A stretch of DNA of 64,000 nt from a phage. Below are positions 8,805-17,826 of the stretch, in pieces; positions within the stretch are counted from its first letter, which is position 1; every line of letters begins with the position of its first letter. The position numbers and the translations under genes are program-made. The notes under the pieces were generated by a model. The model was not told where the DNA came from. It worked only from the letters and a program-made list of their open reading frames with translations, and searched no databases. The stretch lies in assembly GCA_018093385.1 (NCBI GenBank), contig GCA_018093385.1_4808.1. One strand, written 5' to 3'.

Positions 8805-9015
8805 TTTCTTTCCACTCCACAAATGTGCTGCCGCTTGTTTCTCTATTTAGCAGGTATCTGCCGCGCATTCCATGAAGGCTGAATTCAACCGTCGATGGAT
8901 TAGATTTTGAAAGCCATATAGGCTGCCCGTCGAATGGACCGCCTACGCATGTATATTTCGCTTTTGGCTCACTCCTTTTGGGCTGTTTTGCCCGCTCTTT
9001 TATTGATAGTCTCAT
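8794..9015 (-). CDS. Hypothetical protein
   Basis: 73 aa, AGGTG SD. Confidence 0.45.
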   Translation of the reverse strand: MRLSIKERAKQPKRSEPKAKYTCVGGPFDGQPIWLSKSNPSTVEFSLHGMRGRYLLNRETSGSTFVEWKENGK

Positions 9016-9230
9016 CAGTCTTCACCTTGAGATTCCAGACAAGTAAGGACAAGCCACGTCATCGGAAGAATCAAAACCAGAGAAATGAGGGACCAGATAG
9101 ACCAGCACAAGATGACAGACTTGAATGTGTGAACGTCGCCAAACGCAGCAGTAAAACAGAATCCCATTACAAATGCAATAGCTGTGGAATGGTTATCTAT
9201 GGCTTTGATGGCACGGTCGATGAGTTTCAT
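9015..9230 (-). CDS. Small two-TM membrane protein (holin-like topology, function unproven)
   Basis: 71 aa, GGAGGT SD, two hydrophobic helices. Confidence 0.5.
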   Translation of the reverse strand: MKLIDRAIKAIDNHSTAIAFVMGFCFTAAFGDVHTFKSVILCWSIWSLISLVLILPMTWLVLTCLESQGED

Positions 9231-9256
9231 ATTACCTCCGGTTTTGAGTTAATATG

Positions 9257-9285
9257 ATTATAACGCAGACTTTCAGAAAGGCAAA
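9257..9285 (-). promoter_or_regulatory. Promoter TTTGCC-N17-TATAAT for the 9230-to-3896 minus-strand gene set
   Basis: Hexamers with 17-bp spacer in divergent intergenic region. Confidence 0.5.
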
Positions 9286-9377
9286 CTTTTTGTGAATTTT
9301 AATCAAAAAAATGGCCAGAAAAAATCTGGCCGAAAGATCACCCTTTATCCACTACTAAGCTGGAATCATAATTTTAC

Positions 9378-9407
9378 TTGATATAGCTTGTACAAGCAAA
9401 CTATAAT
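9378..9407 (+). promoter_or_regulatory. Promoter TTGATA-N18-TATAAT upstream of large terminase
   Basis: Near-consensus hexamers; implies terminase start may be ATG 9441. Confidence 0.45.
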
Positions 9408-10868
9408 ATGAATAAAATATTAACACATAATTGGAAATTCATGTACCAGTTGAATCCTGCTTTAAAAGAAGTCTGGAAGACAAAAGCGCGATACAAAGTG
9501 ATATACGGCGGTCGTGCATCTTCCAAATCGCACGATGCCGCTGGTTTTGCTATTTATTTGGCGGCAAACTTCAAATTAAAATTCCTTTGCGTTCGACAAT
9601 TCCAGAACAAGATTTCTGAATCTGTATATACTCTATTAAAAGACAAAATAGAGATTTCTGATTTTAAAGATGAGTTCAATTTATTAAAGAACTCTATCGA
9701 ACACAAAAGAACTAAATCTGAATTTCTATTTTATGGTATCGCACGTAACGTTGATGAAATCAAATCAACAGAAGGCGTTGATGTTCTTTGGCTGGAAGAA
9801 GCGCACGCGCTTACTGAAGAACAGTGGGACATTATTGAGCCGACAATACGTAAAGAAGGGTCCGAAATATGGATCATCTTTAACCCTGATGAAGAGGCCG
9901 ATTTCGTATATCAAAACTTTGTTATGCGACCGCCGAAGAATGCCATTGTTAAAAAGATAAACTGGCAAGACAATCCATTTTTGTCGCAAACGATGCTGGA
10001 CGTTATTGCAGGCATGTACGAGCGTGACCCGAAAAAGGCAGAGCACGTTTATGGCGGCGTGCCGAAGACTGGCGGCGACAAATCTGTAATCAACCGCGCA
10101 TTCGTTAAGGCCGCGCTTAATCTACACAAGCACCCCACGCTGGGCTGGAGTTTGTCAGGGTCTAACCGTATAGGCTTTGACGTAGCGGACGATGGCGACG
10201 ACCTTAACGCCACTGCATTCGTCACAGGAAACGTATTGCGCGGCATCAAGACGTGGGAAGGCCTGGAAGATGAATTGTTGAAATCGGCAAGCGGAGTTTG
10301 GAAAGATGCGCTTACATTCGGCGCTTCCATAACTTATGACGCCATCGGTGTCGGCGCTTTTGCTGGTTCAAAATTTGATGAACTAAACGAGTATGCAATA
10401 CATGAAAATCCATCATTTCCAAGAATCGAATTTAATGCGTTCAACGCGCAAGGGTCTGTTGATGATCCTGATGACGTTTTTCTTGAATTACCACACGTTG
10501 AAATACTCAATAAAGACCATTTCGCAAACATAAAAGCGCAAAAATGGACTGAAATTGCAGAGAGATTCAGAAAGACATACGAATATGCAACTGGGCAAGC
10601 CGTATATCCGACTGATGAATTGATTTCAATCGACACCGATGGTATACCGGAACTTGGGATTCCAGCTTGGACTACTGAAGAGATTGAGACGTTTCTTTTT
10701 GAGATGTCAGCGCCGCGCAAGGATACATCTGTTCTTGGTAAGTTCAAAGTTGAATCTAAAAAGGACATGGCAAAGCGCGGAGTCAAATCACCTAACAAAG
10801 CGGACGCAGCAATCATGGCATTGATGAAACCAATCGTTGCAGCATCCGGCTTCTTCTCTAACCTTTAA
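9408..10868 (+). CDS. terL: Terminase large subunit
   Basis: Walker A-like YGGRASSKS, Walker B VLWLEEAH, nuclease-type C-half; canonical position before portal. Confidence 0.85.
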   Translation: MNKILTHNWKFMYQLNPALKEVWKTKARYKVIYGGRASSKSHDAAGFAIYLAANFKLKFLCVRQFQNKISESVYTLLKDKIEISDFKDEFNLLKNSIEHKRTKSEFLFYGIARNVDEIKSTEGVDVLWLEEAHALTEEQWDIIEPTIRKEGSEIWIIFNPDEEADFVYQNFVMRPPKNAIVKKINWQDNPFLSQTMLDVIAGMYERDPKKAEHVYGGVPKTGGDKSVINRAFVKAALNLHKHPTLGWSLSGSNRIGFDVADDGDDLNATAFVTGNVLRGIKTWEGLEDELLKSASGVWKDALTFGASITYDAIGVGAFAGSKFDELNEYAIHENPSFPRIEFNAFNAQGSVDDPDDVFLELPHVEILNKDHFANIKAQKWTEIAERFRKTYEYATGQAVYPTDELISIDTDGIPELGIPAWTTEEIETFLFEMSAPRKDTSVLGKFKVESKKDMAKRGVKSPNKADAAIMALMKPIVAASGFFSNL

Positions 10869-10871
10869 CAA

Positions 10872-11111
10872 TTAAAGCATTCCGTGCTGAAGGTCTAGTT
10901 TTCTTGCAGCAAATGACCTGGCACGGAATCGCTTACCCGCTCTTACTGCCTGCCGAATCTTCTTTTGCATACACTTACGGTCAAAATCGTTGCGGTCAAC
11001 GGCTTCGAGCAAATCCCGACGCAAAGCACCTAGTGTCGCCTTTTCGGATACTTCTATGCCCAGCGCGGCTGCAACGTCTTTCAAAACATCGAGTTCGGTT
11101 AATGTTCTCAT
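10872..11111 (-). CDS. Small hypothetical protein, basic C-terminus; second gene of inserted 2-gene unit
   Basis: 79 aa, AGGGG SD, ATGA overlap with upstream gene. Confidence 0.5.
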   Translation of the reverse strand: MRTLTELDVLKDVAAALGIEVSEKATLGALRRDLLEAVDRNDFDRKCMQKKIRQAVRAGKRFRARSFAARKLDLQHGML

Positions 11112-11524
11112 TTGATAATCCCCTTGATGTCTGATTCAGCCATAAAAATGGGAGTGCCGTTTCCAGGAACGATTGAGCGGGTAATTTTGTCAAACAGATC
11201 GCCTTCCTCGACATGAATCTTGTAAAAGAGATTCTTGGAGTTCGAAGGGCACAAACCGATGAATTTGCCGATGCCGCGCACGCATTCATCTTCAAAGTAT
11301 ACCGTTTCACCTTCGAGAGATTCGATGCTCTGGACAGGGTATACTTTACGACCCATAAGCCATTCGTCAAGCGTCGCCTGCAACACGTTTCGCGAATCTA
11401 AAATCCATGGGTCAATTTTCGCATCAGGGTATCGCGCGGCTGTCGCCTTTGCCAATTCTTCATATTCGCAGACGTTGACAACTTCGCCTTCGTGGATAAC
11501 TACAAATACAATTGTTGTGCTCAT
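11108..11524 (-). CDS. Hypothetical protein; first gene of inserted 2-gene unit
   Basis: 138 aa, strong AAAGGAG SD. Confidence 0.55.
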   Translation of the reverse strand: MSTTIVFVVIHEGEVVNVCEYEELAKATAARYPDAKIDPWILDSRNVLQATLDEWLMGRKVYPVQSIESLEGETVYFEDECVRGIGKFIGLCPSNSKNLFYKIHVEEGDLFDKITRSIVPGNGTPIFMAESDIKGIIK

Positions 11525-11552
11525 TTCAATCTCCTTTCATTTGGTTAAATAA

Positions 11553-11580
11553 AATATAACTCAAAATGATACAAAAGCAA
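11553..11580 (-). promoter_or_regulatory. Promoter TTGCTT-N16-TATATT for the inserted unit
   Basis: Read on minus strand in AT-rich intergenic region. Confidence 0.45.
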
Positions 11581-11619
11581 AATATTTTATGAACTATTTA
11601 TGATAACCATACATATCAT

Positions 11620-11648
11620 TTGCTTACAAACACATGAATATTTATAAT
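11620..11648 (+). promoter_or_regulatory. Promoter TTGCTT-N17-TATAAT upstream of portal
   Basis: Hexamers with 17-bp spacer, followed by AGGTGG SD. Confidence 0.5.
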
Positions 11649-11685
11649 ATAGATTGATTCCCTTTCACTGTCAGGTGGCGTTACA

Positions 11686-14061
11686 ATGAAAATTCTTGGC
11701 ATAAAACTCTGGGAGAAGACGCAACCAGAAGCCGAACCAGCGGAGATGCCGCCAGGCGACCCATTGGCACCGTTTGAACGCCTTGAAAGGCGCGGCAGCG
11801 GTCAACGCTGGGAAAAGACTGAAAGCAATCGACCGACCTTTAAAACGGTTGATGACTTCCCTTTATATGAGCCTGATATCAACGGGGACGGCGTTGCAAT
11901 CATCAAAGGTCGCTCAGTAGATTCAGCAACCGTATCCAAAAAAGTTATGGATAATGCCTTAAAGAACATCAGTTCAGAAGGGCAGGTGAATCCATACACA
12001 GTGCCTATTCAGTTGCAAAACTGGTACTTGTCGCAGTCATTCATCGGCTATCAAGCTTGCGCCATCATCGCGCAGCACTGGCTGGTGAACAAGGCTTGTT
12101 CCATGGTAGGTCGCGATGCGGTCCGTAAAGGCTGGGAAGTCAAATCCAGTTCTGAGTCGGAATTGTCAGTACAGGCCAGCGAACGCCTAAAGCAAATTGA
12201 TAAAGAATTTAATATCAAAGAGCACTTAGTTGAAGCCGAACGATTCAAGAATATTTTTGGCATCCGCGTCATCATATTTGATGTGCGCAGTGATGACCCA
12301 GAATATTATAGTAAACCTTTTAACATCGATGGTGTGACAAAAGGGTCTTATAAGGGAATCATTCAGGTTGACCCTTATTGGATGATGCCATTCTTGACGT
12401 CTGAAAACACTGCAGACCCTGCGTCACAGCATTTCTATGATCCAGAATACTGGGTTATCAGCGGACAGCGTTATCATCGCAGCCACCTAATCATCTTGCG
12501 CAACGATGAGCCAGCTGATATTCTCAAGCCGACTTATATCTACGGCGGCATTCCTCTGACTCAGCAGATTTATGAACGTATCTATGCCGCTGAACGTACC
12601 GCTAACGAAGCGCCATTGCTGGCGATGTCTAAGCGTACAACCACGCTGCGGACCGACGTTGACAAGGCGATTGCCAATGAGCGGTCGTTTGCCGAACGTC
12701 TGATGATGTGGATTAAGTACCGCGACAACTATGCGGTAAAAGTGCTTGGTCAGAAAGAAGAGATGGACCAGTTTGACATCAACTTGTCAGACTTCGACAG
12801 CATCATCATGAACCAGTACCAGCTGGTGGCTGCAATCGCAAAAGTGCCGTCGACGAAGCTATTAGGGACGTCACCTAAAGGCTTTAACGCCACTGGTGAG
12901 TTCGAGATGGTCAGCTATCACGAAGAATTGGAAACTTGTCAGCAGCACGATTTGACGAAGATTCTGGACCGTCACTATAAAATCCTTTTGAAATCTGAAG
13001 GTGTTGAAGTCGACGTTAAAGTGGCATGGGAGCCAGTTGGTTCACTTACTGCTACTCAGCTTGCAGAGATTAACGACAAACGAGCGAATACTGGTAAGAC
13101 TCTCATTGATGCTGGCGTCATCTCCCCTGATGAAGAGCGCGACCGCATCAAGGACGACAAAAACAGCGGCTACAACCGTTTGCCAGAAGATACAGCAGAA
13201 GAAACCCCAGGGATGTCTCCAGAGAATATGGCATTGCTTGGCAAGTCTGCTGGTGAAGTTCTGCAAGGTAAAGCCGATATTGAACAGGCCAAAGCTGATG
13301 TCGTCAAGATGGGCGGCCAGTTCTATAGTGAGACTGGTATCATGCCGGAAGGTGCCGCGCGCGGTGAGTTGGCAGAAAACCCTGACAGGGCGCCAGTTGA
13401 GATCAACATGGATGATACCGATGACGAATCAAGCCATCAGGTTGATGTCCTAACGCAACTGAAAGAAGGTCTGGAGGGTATTGCTGACTATTACCTTAAA
13501 GAAGGTCAGGATGTGGATTTTGACCCTCAAAAAGACGCAAGGTCTGTGCAGCCGTCTACCCTTCCAAGCGTAAAAGGCAATGTAGTCAACTTGCGCCACA
13601 ATGTAGGGAAGATGGATGCCTCATCGCTGCCTAAGATGAAGTTGCACGGGATGATTCTTGGTATTGAGAATCCTCGCAACAGCATTCGCAGGGGCAACAG
13701 CCTTGATGGTGAATGGGCAGTTAAGATGCCGCACCATTACGGATTTATCAAAGGCACCAAGGGCGCTGATGGTGATGAAGTCGACTGCTTTGTTGGACCA
13801 AATATGAAGTCGCCTAAAGTATTCATCATTAACCAAAATGATAATTATTCTGGCGAATTTGATGAACACAAGTGTATGCTTGGATTTGATTCAGCAGAAG
13901 AAGCGAAAGAAGCTTATCAAGCATCATTTGGTAACGGTTGGAATGGATTTGACTCAATCCACGAATTGGATGTAAACTCATTCAAGGAGTGGTTGAAGGG
14001 TGATTGCTCTCAAGCATATGGAGCACTCAATAATCCTACTAATTCACCGAAGCAAGGTTGA
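11686..14061 (+). CDS. Portal protein with C-terminal inorganic-pyrophosphatase-like segment
   Basis: 791 aa between terL and Mu-F-like gene; C-terminus has HYGFIKGT...DGDEVDC...AEEAKEAYQASF. Confidence 0.65.
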   Translation: MKILGIKLWEKTQPEAEPAEMPPGDPLAPFERLERRGSGQRWEKTESNRPTFKTVDDFPLYEPDINGDGVAIIKGRSVDSATVSKKVMDNALKNISSEGQVNPYTVPIQLQNWYLSQSFIGYQACAIIAQHWLVNKACSMVGRDAVRKGWEVKSSSESELSVQASERLKQIDKEFNIKEHLVEAERFKNIFGIRVIIFDVRSDDPEYYSKPFNIDGVTKGSYKGIIQVDPYWMMPFLTSENTADPASQHFYDPEYWVISGQRYHRSHLIILRNDEPADILKPTYIYGGIPLTQQIYERIYAAERTANEAPLLAMSKRTTTLRTDVDKAIANERSFAERLMMWIKYRDNYAVKVLGQKEEMDQFDINLSDFDSIIMNQYQLVAAIAKVPSTKLLGTSPKGFNATGEFEMVSYHEELETCQQHDLTKILDRHYKILLKSEGVEVDVKVAWEPVGSLTATQLAEINDKRANTGKTLIDAGVISPDEERDRIKDDKNSGYNRLPEDTAEETPGMSPENMALLGKSAGEVLQGKADIEQAKADVVKMGGQFYSETGIMPEGAARGELAENPDRAPVEINMDDTDDESSHQVDVLTQLKEGLEGIADYYLKEGQDVDFDPQKDARSVQPSTLPSVKGNVVNLRHNVGKMDASSLPKMKLHGMILGIENPRNSIRRGNSLDGEWAVKMPHHYGFIKGTKGADGDEVDCFVGPNMKSPKVFIINQNDNYSGEFDEHKCMLGFDSAEEAKEAYQASFGNGWNGFDSIHELDVNSFKEWLKGDCSQAYGALNNPTNSPKQG

Positions 14062-14062
14062 T

Positions 14063-14914
14063 ATGGCTTTTAAAGCTTCGAAAAAACGTGAACGTCGCTC
14101 GCCCGATAGAATCGGGCGCGGCAGTCCGATAATCCCATCCAACGCTATTGCGATGGCCTATCGTCGTGAGATGAAAGGTCTTTGCTATGCGATGATTGAC
14201 GACTATCAAGCAGGAATTGCTGAGTGGCTTGAAAAGAAGCAGGTTAAAAAGTTCTTTGCGCAAGACTCTGCTGATTCAACTTTTCAGACCTTGATGAAGC
14301 GACTGCAACTGAAATGGGCAAAAGCTTTCGCCCGTGTCGGGTCAAAGATTGCCGCAGATTTCATCAAGTCAGTTGAAAAGGGTGCCACTTCTGCTACATT
14401 TGCAAGTCTTAAATCTGCAGGAATAGAAGCGCCAAAAGCCACATATAATAAATTCGTTGAGAACACTCTTAAAACAAGCGAGACGTTCAACACGACTTTA
14501 GTGACTAAGGTTGGCGAAGATATTCACAACAGGGTGTACGAAGCGGTGATGCTTTCGCTTACTTCGCCAGACCCAGCGCAACAAGGCACGTCCGGCATTC
14601 AGGCGGCATTAAGGAATGTAAAACACTTCTCTGCAAAACGCGTAGACCTTATTGCAAAAGACCAAACAAGCAAACTTTATTGCGTATTAAGTGATGAAAG
14701 GATGCGACAGAATGGCGTTGAGGAATTTGAGTGGGCGCATTCAGGAGCAGGAAAAGAGCCGCGAATATCGCATGAGCACGTCGACGGAATGAGATTTAAA
14801 CTTGATGACAAGCGCCTATGGGAAGTTGGCGGCGAATTGAAGTTCAAAAAGGGTGACATCGGTCCTCCTGGATGGGCGATACACTGCAAGTGCAGAAAAA
14901 TACCAATTATCTGA
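14063..14914 (+). CDS. Head morphogenesis protein (Mu gpF / SPP1 gp7-like)
   Basis: Position after portal; Cys/His-containing C-terminal region. Confidence 0.5.
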   Translation: MAFKASKKRERRSPDRIGRGSPIIPSNAIAMAYRREMKGLCYAMIDDYQAGIAEWLEKKQVKKFFAQDSADSTFQTLMKRLQLKWAKAFARVGSKIAADFIKSVEKGATSATFASLKSAGIEAPKATYNKFVENTLKTSETFNTTLVTKVGEDIHNRVYEAVMLSLTSPDPAQQGTSGIQAALRNVKHFSAKRVDLIAKDQTSKLYCVLSDERMRQNGVEEFEWAHSGAGKEPRISHEHVDGMRFKLDDKRLWEVGGELKFKKGDIGPPGWAIHCKCRKIPII

Positions 14915-14921
14915 GGTCATT

Positions 14922-15842
14922 ATGACGATACCAATCAACACATTCCCTCTATCTGGACAAACTCCAGTCTTGCCTGCGGTGTATGCTAATGGCTTGGCAA
15001 TTGTCTCAGAATTCACTTCTGATAAAAACTTGATTGTTCCACTGAGCCCGCCGCTTGCATCAGGGTATAACTCAGTAGGCCAATTCTTTATGATTGGCAA
15101 TGATGGCGATTCGACCAGCAAGCCTAATCTGACATTGTCTGTACCTAAGATGGACATCACAGACGTTCAAACTGGCTTGACTGCATCAACAATCACCATT
15201 GCTTTTGGAGAAGCGGTGATTATAGGAATGGAGTCTGGAGGGTCCAAGAATGCTGTCGCCGTTAAGGTAGTCAAATCCAGCGACAACCAATACACGTTAC
15301 CAGCTGCGACGGCTTCCGTTCTCGGCGGCGTCAAAATAGGAAGCGGAATAAGCGTCGCAGGTGACGGTACAATTAGCGTCACTCAATACTCATTGCCGAT
15401 TGCGTCAGCATCTACTTTAGGCGGCGTAAAGGTCGGTACAACTCTATCAATTGATGGTTCCGGTGTGCTTAACGCAGCGGAAAGCACCGTCCAGAATGCC
15501 ACGAACAGTGTTAGCAATCCTCCAACCACTTTGGTTAATCTGGCAACCTTAAACCTTCCTGCAGGAAAGTGGCTTGTGACGGCAAGTCAGTTGACTGTCG
15601 CGACAGCAGGAATTCAAGCGAACACCGGAATTACAGCCAAATTGTCAACAAGCGATTCAGATATTACGGATGATGCATTTACGATGTCAGCTGGCATTCG
15701 GGCTGCAGGTCGTTTCGGCGGCAATATTCCAACAAAGATAATTACTCTTGCCGCGCCTGGCGATGTGTATCTAAACTATCAATGCACAGATGCGTTGACA
15801 TCTACCGTTTACGGACAGATCACCGCAATCAAGCTGAACTAA
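14922..15842 (+). CDS. Structural protein with internal tandem Gly-rich repeat
   Basis: GAGGT SD; repeated LGGVK(I/V)G...(D)G(T/S)(I/G)...segments. Confidence 0.5.
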   Translation: MTIPINTFPLSGQTPVLPAVYANGLAIVSEFTSDKNLIVPLSPPLASGYNSVGQFFMIGNDGDSTSKPNLTLSVPKMDITDVQTGLTASTITIAFGEAVIIGMESGGSKNAVAVKVVKSSDNQYTLPAATASVLGGVKIGSGISVAGDGTISVTQYSLPIASASTLGGVKVGTTLSIDGSGVLNAAESTVQNATNSVSNPPTTLVNLATLNLPAGKWLVTASQLTVATAGIQANTGITAKLSTSDSDITDDAFTMSAGIRAAGRFGGNIPTKIITLAAPGDVYLNYQCTDALTSTVYGQITAIKLN

Positions 15843-15852
15843 AGAGGAAGTT

Positions 15853-15990
15853 ATGCAAAAGATTATTCAGTCACGTTATGTTAAAGTGCGAAATATTAAT
15901 TGCAACTCTTTGCTTTCTTGGAAATGGGCTGTTTACGACTCGATGTTAATTGGCGTTTTAGTTGCAGGAGTGCTATTTAATATTCACTGA
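15853..15990 (+). CDS. Small membrane peptide (45 aa, one TM)
   Basis: Strong AAGAGGA SD 6 bp before ATG; below ORF-track length cutoff. Confidence 0.4.
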   Translation: MQKIIQSRYVKVRNINCNSLLSWKWAVYDSMLIGVLVAGVLFNIH

Positions 15991-16020
15991 ATTCATCGGC
16001 AAAGGATTGCCGCGAGTTTT

Positions 16021-16300
16021 ATACGTATAATGACGTATCATCCGTATCAAGTAAGTTGTTGTTTTCAAAAGAATCTTACGGATGATACGGATGATACGCA
16101 TTGCCGCCGTACTATATAGGAATTCAAATAAATTAATTTAAAATTATATATCTAATTTAATTTTATTTTTTTATAAACTCTTATATATGAAAAGTATCCG
16201 TATCATCCGTATCATCCGTAGCACACCAGTGATAGCGCGGCTTATACACCGATACGGATAAAAATACGCCTCATTTTATCCGTATCATCCGTATCACACT
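16021..16300. repeat. Iteron-like element copy B: inverted repeat CGTATCATCCGTA (16034-16046) / TACGGATGATACG (16077-16089), AT-rich core (16100-16190), direct ATCCGTATC repeats (16195-16221, 16278-16295)
   Basis: Read directly; identical arms and spacing to 84-140. Confidence 0.8.
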
Positions 16301-16352
16301 AATAAAGGCGCGGCTATATCGGTCGTTATACATATTCAAACCATAATTATTG

Positions 16353-16382
16353 TTTGCCTAAGTTTTTTTCATTAGATATAAT
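16353..16382 (+). promoter_or_regulatory. Promoter TTTGCC-N18-TATAAT upstream of scaffold/capsid genes
   Basis: Hexamers followed by GAGGGTGG SD. Confidence 0.45.
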
Positions 16383-16411
16383 ACACAATACTTATTTGAG
16401 GGTGGATGCGA

Positions 16412-17824
16412 ATGCAAACGGCACGCGAAATTGACAAAAATGGATTCTTGACGATTATGGGTTGTCCAATTTCGTCATTTGGCATTTTTGATTATTCTGC
16501 TGGTCAAGTTGGTCTTGATGGTGATCCGAATCGCATCGTAAAAGTCTATCGCCCTGAGTCAGCGGTGAAAGACCCCGAAGCGATAGATTCATTCAAAAAT
16601 ATCCCTTTCATCGACAATCACGAAATGCTTTCTGGATTTGAAGGTGATGAGGATAACACAGCACCCGAAGAGTATGGAGTTGATGGCGTTCTGACTGGCA
16701 ATGTTTATTATGACAAGCCATGGATGCGCGGCGACCTTAAAGTGTTTAGCCGTCGTCTGAAGAAGGCCATTGATTCTGGAAAGGTTGACTTGTCTTTGGG
16801 CTATGACTGTGAATTCATCATACAGTCTGGAGAGTTTGACGGGCAGCCGTATGAAGTGGTGCAGACAACTCTTCGCGGCAACCACATTGCTCTCGTGGAC
16901 GTTGGTCGAGTACCAGGTGCACGGGTGCTGGATGGTCGTTGCTTTGACCATCTTTGTTTGACGACTGTAACACCATCCAACGAGGATTTAGACATGCCAA
17001 AACCGTTAAAAGGTAAAGCGCGTGATAATGCTGTTGAACAGCTGAAATCACTGATCCCTGCGCTCGAACAATTTCTGAATGAAGAGAGTACTGAAGCTGC
17101 TCATCAGGACGAAGTTGAAGTGAAAGCAGAAGAGAAGGACTCAACCGAAAATCGTGAAGAAGTAATGGTTGATCCAGAAGTCAAGGCAGAAGCAGAAGAA
17201 ACCCCAGAAGGTGAAGAGAAGTTTGAAGTTGAAACTGAATCTCACGCCAGCGGCGAACTTCCGCAATTGATCAGCCAAATCGAAGCACTTATTGCAAAAC
17301 TGAAAGGTGGCGCGGTAGGTGATGAAGAAGAAGTTGAAGCCGAAGTCAAAGACGAAGAAGTTGAAGTCAAGGCTGAAGATGTATCACCTTGCGACAAAGC
17401 TGAAGATGTGGTTAGCGGCCTGCAAAACAGCAACGTAAAGGGGGCTTCGGTCGAAAAAGATGACAAACCGACAAAAGCGGCGAAAGCGTCGCCAGGTCCA
17501 GCAAAAGGGGAACACTCAATGGCATCTGATTCAGCAGTTGCTGCTTTCTACGCTGATTCTGCTCGTAAGAATAGCCTCTACCAGCGCCTGTCTAAAGTTG
17601 TTGGTGCCTTTGATCATGCAACTATGGACTCCAAGTCCGTAGCGAAATATGGCGCTAAAAAGTTAGGCTTGAAGTGCGTTGATGGTGCTGAGTTTGACGT
17701 GGTGGATAATTATCTGCGCGGCGTTGAGCACGGTCAGAAACAGCGTGTAGTCGCAAAACAAAAGGCCGCTGCGGATTCTGCAGCAACTGACGAAGCATTT
17801 GAAGCTTGGTTGAAAGGGGAATAA
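16412..17824 (+). CDS. Scaffolding/prohead maturation protein (acidic repeat-rich)
   Basis: Glu-rich EVEAEVKDEEVEVKAE repeats; immediately upstream of capsid gene; ORF-track start 16406. Confidence 0.55.
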   Translation: MQTAREIDKNGFLTIMGCPISSFGIFDYSAGQVGLDGDPNRIVKVYRPESAVKDPEAIDSFKNIPFIDNHEMLSGFEGDEDNTAPEEYGVDGVLTGNVYYDKPWMRGDLKVFSRRLKKAIDSGKVDLSLGYDCEFIIQSGEFDGQPYEVVQTTLRGNHIALVDVGRVPGARVLDGRCFDHLCLTTVTPSNEDLDMPKPLKGKARDNAVEQLKSLIPALEQFLNEESTEAAHQDEVEVKAEEKDSTENREEVMVDPEVKAEAEETPEGEEKFEVETESHASGELPQLISQIEALIAKLKGGAVGDEEEVEAEVKDEEVEVKAEDVSPCDKAEDVVSGLQNSNVKGASVEKDDKPTKAAKASPGPAKGEHSMASDSAVAAFYADSARKNSLYQRLSKVVGAFDHATMDSKSVAKYGAKKLGLKCVDGAEFDVVDNYLRGVEHGQKQRVVAKQKAAADSAATDEAFEAWLKGE

Positions 17825-17826
17825 AC

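Noticed and set aside
16021-16300. Possible CRISPR array suggested by the ATCCGTATC repeats
   Set aside because: Repeats are 9-13 bp, irregularly spaced, partly inverted, with no unique spacers of uniform length; architecture is iteron-like, not CRISPR
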